Shown: piece after piece, positions 59,506-64,000 of the stretch
How the letters are laid out: each line of letters begins with the position of its first letter
Position numbering within the stretch: the first letter of the stretch is position 1
Assembly: GCF_009914755.1 (NCBI RefSeq)
Contig: NC_060939.1
DNA: 64,000 nucleotides
Source of the DNA: the human T2T-CHM13v2.0 reference genome, Homo sapiens
Reading direction: 5' to 3' (one strand)
Notes under the pieces: model-generated
Database searches by the model: none
Seen by the model: the letters and a program-made list of their open reading frames with translations, nothing else
What the model was told of the DNA's origin: nothing
Position numbers and translations under genes: made by a program

Positions 59506-62500
59506 AATATTCTGGTATTTCTTGTACAGTGCTGTGCACATCATTTTTGTTGAGTGAATAAATGTGGTTGGTTGCTGAGTTAGGCAGGAACAAGGGGGAG
59601 ACCTTCCTTTCAGCTTCTCCAGAAATGCTCATATTGGAGTCCTTGGAGATTTCCAGCCCTTTCTGTCAAAGGCATATGGATAGGGCATGTTTGGGGTGCT
59701 GTAAATGGGAAATTTAACTGCTGTTTCTAATATTTCTGCTGGTGAAGAGTCCTATGGATTGCTTATGTGATACCATATAGACATTGGAAAAGGGCTGTAA
59801 TCCTGTTTTCCTCCTACCTCACCGGACCACCATTCTTTCTACCCAGCTTTGCTGCTCTTATGCAGTTTTCCTTGTTGTTCATGCTAAATGAATCCATGTT
59901 TTATCTCTTCTCAAACCGGGTGCAAATGAGGGAGAAAACACAATTCTGAGCACAGAAAAGAAAAATACTCCTGGGTCTGGCCCATAGATGGGACTTTTGG
60001 GGCTGGTTTGGAAGAGGTGTTTATGGGGGCATCACCAACATAAGAGGCACAATCAGCCCCACATTGGACCCCTCATAAAGGAAAGCTACAATCCCTGCTC
60101 TCTCAGGCTTCTGTTTTGGTTCACCATCAACCCTGGACCATGGGGGAAACGGGAAAGAGGACTGGTGACTGGTTAGAGGCCAGATAGTGAAAAAATATAT
60201 TCTGCATCCATCCCCTTTCCCCCAAACCTCCCTTTTGTGCCCCAGTTTGATGATTAATGGACCAGCATTTCCCTTCTACGCGGGAAGGCCACCCCTCACA
60301 GTTGCCATGGCAATGCAGACCGCTCCCCCGTCAATTAAAAAAAAAATCCCTACTACTTCTCTCCTCCTTCTACTGTAGCAGGAGAAAAGCTACCTCAGAA
60401 TGCATCTCCTGGGCTCTCTTCTCAGCTCCTTTAGCTGTGTTTGCTGTGTGTCCTAGAACACAGTCCTTCCTCTCTTTCTGGGGATTGCCTGAGTTTCTTC
60501 ACTCTGAGCAAATTGTGCCCCTTCTGGAGCCAGCAGCCCCTGGAACACTTATATCAAGAAACAGAGAAAATTTCTGTTTATTTATTCATCCCCGGTGCAA
60601 ATTAAAAACTAGAGAGAGCTCCTTTTGGGTAAAAAAAAAAAAAAAAAAAAAAAAACCCTTTCACACTTTCTCTGGTTAGAGGTATAAGTTGGGGCACATT
60701 TGACATCCAGAAAGGAAGTTTTAGTAAACCTGGAAGGAATTCAGCCTCCTAGCATACATACTTCAAATTGGAGTTCTATGGGGAATTCTCAAAATTATTT
60801 TCATTCCTCCTCACCTCTCTGTTCCAGCATCCAGGAGGACTTGTGTGTTTTCATTTTATCTGTTCTTATTCCTCTTGGCCTTGCTCCGGCAACATCTGGC
60901 CTCAGCACCCTGTCGCAAGGTGAGTCATTAAGGAGAATAAAAACCTTAAGGAAAAAAAGTCTCTGGAGTTGAGAAGTAGCCTGTGTTGAACTAAGGCTGC
61001 CAGGCGAAGCTGCCGAGTTTATGGAGCATTATACGAACAGCCCCGACATTAAAGGGCCTCCTTTTTATGAATGGGTTGTGAAGAATGTAAATAAAGCAGC
61101 ATCTCTCAATGGGGAAGCATTTTACATAAGCAGTACTACCCCGACCCAAGTATTTATGGGAATTTGCTAGCACAGTCTGGCAAGGCTCACTTCCTTTGTG
61201 AACTTGCCATTGTGCTGGGGACTTTGGAGGGACAAGGAGAGTGTGCTTCGGTTCTGAGGGCAGCCCCAGCACTCCCACTCTGCAGGTTTCCTGGCGTTGA
61301 CTTGATGGGCCAGCTCATGGCTGGAAATGCCTGTTAACCCTGAAGTGACAGAAAATACCATGCGCAGTCAAGAGCTCATGATAATTAGAGATAGAGGCTC
61401 CTGATCCTGGGGTCTGGAGATGGTGTAGCTCCTGACCCCTCAGGCTGCTTAGACCTCCACAGGACAGAGGACAGGGAGTTCTTGGATGATGAAATCTTGC
61501 CCGGTTTTATGGGAGGCACCTAAGTGGTGTAAAATGGGCTGGTTTGAATTTCAGCTCCTTTATGTTCCCCTGCCCACCTCCTGGTACTGCCACTAATGAT
61601 CAGTAAAATGGCTAAAAAGGAGGAGGAGAAAGAGCACCAGCAGCAGTGAGGCTGCACGTGGTCTGCTCAGGGCCAGACGGCCTGACAAGCACCCTCACTG
61701 AACACCGGCCCAGCCCTGGGGTTCCAACAGGGGTGTTGGTGTCCTGCCCCAGGTGACTTGGTAAGCAGGCCCTGGAGTACAGTCACATCCAGGACTTTGT
61801 GTTGTGTCCCTGTGGGTGGGAGTGGGGTCATCAGATTTCATTTTTCCCAGTGGGAAACACCTGCAAGGATGGTTATTCACTTGACTCAGTGTCCCCCCAA
61901 CACAAAAAAATAACATTGTCTTTTAAGATCCTCTGCAGGCCCAATCCACCAGGAGAAAAAAAGGGGTTTGTCTCTCAGCCTCGCTGATTTGAATTGGGAA
62001 CTTATTTCTAAGCACTATGACCAAGTTAGCTGAATGAAAAAAAACAGGTGATTTCTTAGTCTTGTTACCAATGTCAGGCAGGAACTTGGGTCTCAATATT
62101 TTTTCTTGCATGTGTTCCTTTTCCAGTGGGTTTGGGGAAAAGAGGTGCTTTGACCTCCTGTCTTTGGGTAAGGAGGATGGGACCTGTCTTTCTGCCGTTC
62201 TCTTGACCCCAGGGATCTCACCTGGAGTGCTGTTGATGGCTCCTACTTTTATTCCATCTCCAATGCCTTTTGGGGACTCCTAGCCTCCATCAGTGCAGCT
62301 TTTTCAGCTTCCTGCGTGCAGTGGAGAGGGGCAGCCCACACAGACCCTTTTCCAACTCTGGTTACCTGTCCACAATGTTTAGGAATAATTGTTAATCACA
62401 TTCTCATGTGGCCAGGTGGTTTAAAGGTGAATTACTGTTTTTTAGAGGACCTATGTAGAAATCGTGGGAAAGGTATTATTAGGGTGCCGCTTGATGCCAG

Positions 62501-62660
62501 GAGATCCTAACAAGTATGCCAGAAGGAGGGGTGAAGTCACGTTTCCACCATAGTCAGGGCCAGCAGGGCCTTCCTCAGTAGTGAGGGGTGTCTCCTGCTT
62601 TGTGCCTGGAGGGGTTTCCACATTGGCTAGAATGTAAAAAAGAATTATAAAAATGATTGA

Positions 62661-64000
<1,340 letters not shown>

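Overview
Primate, almost certainly human, genomic DNA. I recognise it as the chr15q15.1 KNSTRN-IVD-BAHD1 interval, with all three genes on the + strand. It contains the last seven coding exons and 3' UTR of KNSTRN (SKAP), the complete 12-exon IVD gene (isovaleryl-CoA dehydrogenase; hand-spliced exons total 1281 nt = 426 aa + stop), and a large CpG island with a non-coding first exon that I assign to BAHD1 from gene order only. The first ~47.6 kb is very Alu-dense and also holds three solo LTRs with intact target-site duplications, Tigger-family DNA transposon relics, and L1/L2/MIR fragments. I saw no Alu between ~47.6 and ~62.6 kb. There is no prokaryotic system, CRISPR array or RNA gene, and most ORF-track entries are Alu-derived or GC-rich artefacts. 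The most interesting signal is at the IVD 5' end. A 96-nt alternative first coding exon in intron 1 (MVFWW...SLTPEQAE) splices in frame to exon 2 and re-creates the L[ST]xEQxx|L motif of the canonical exon 1. It sits beside a 25-bp minisatellite, a partial copy of exon 1, and a fully open in-frame intron 2. Some of these isoforms may already be annotated. Repeat family names and boundaries come from recognition of consensus sequences and are approximate.
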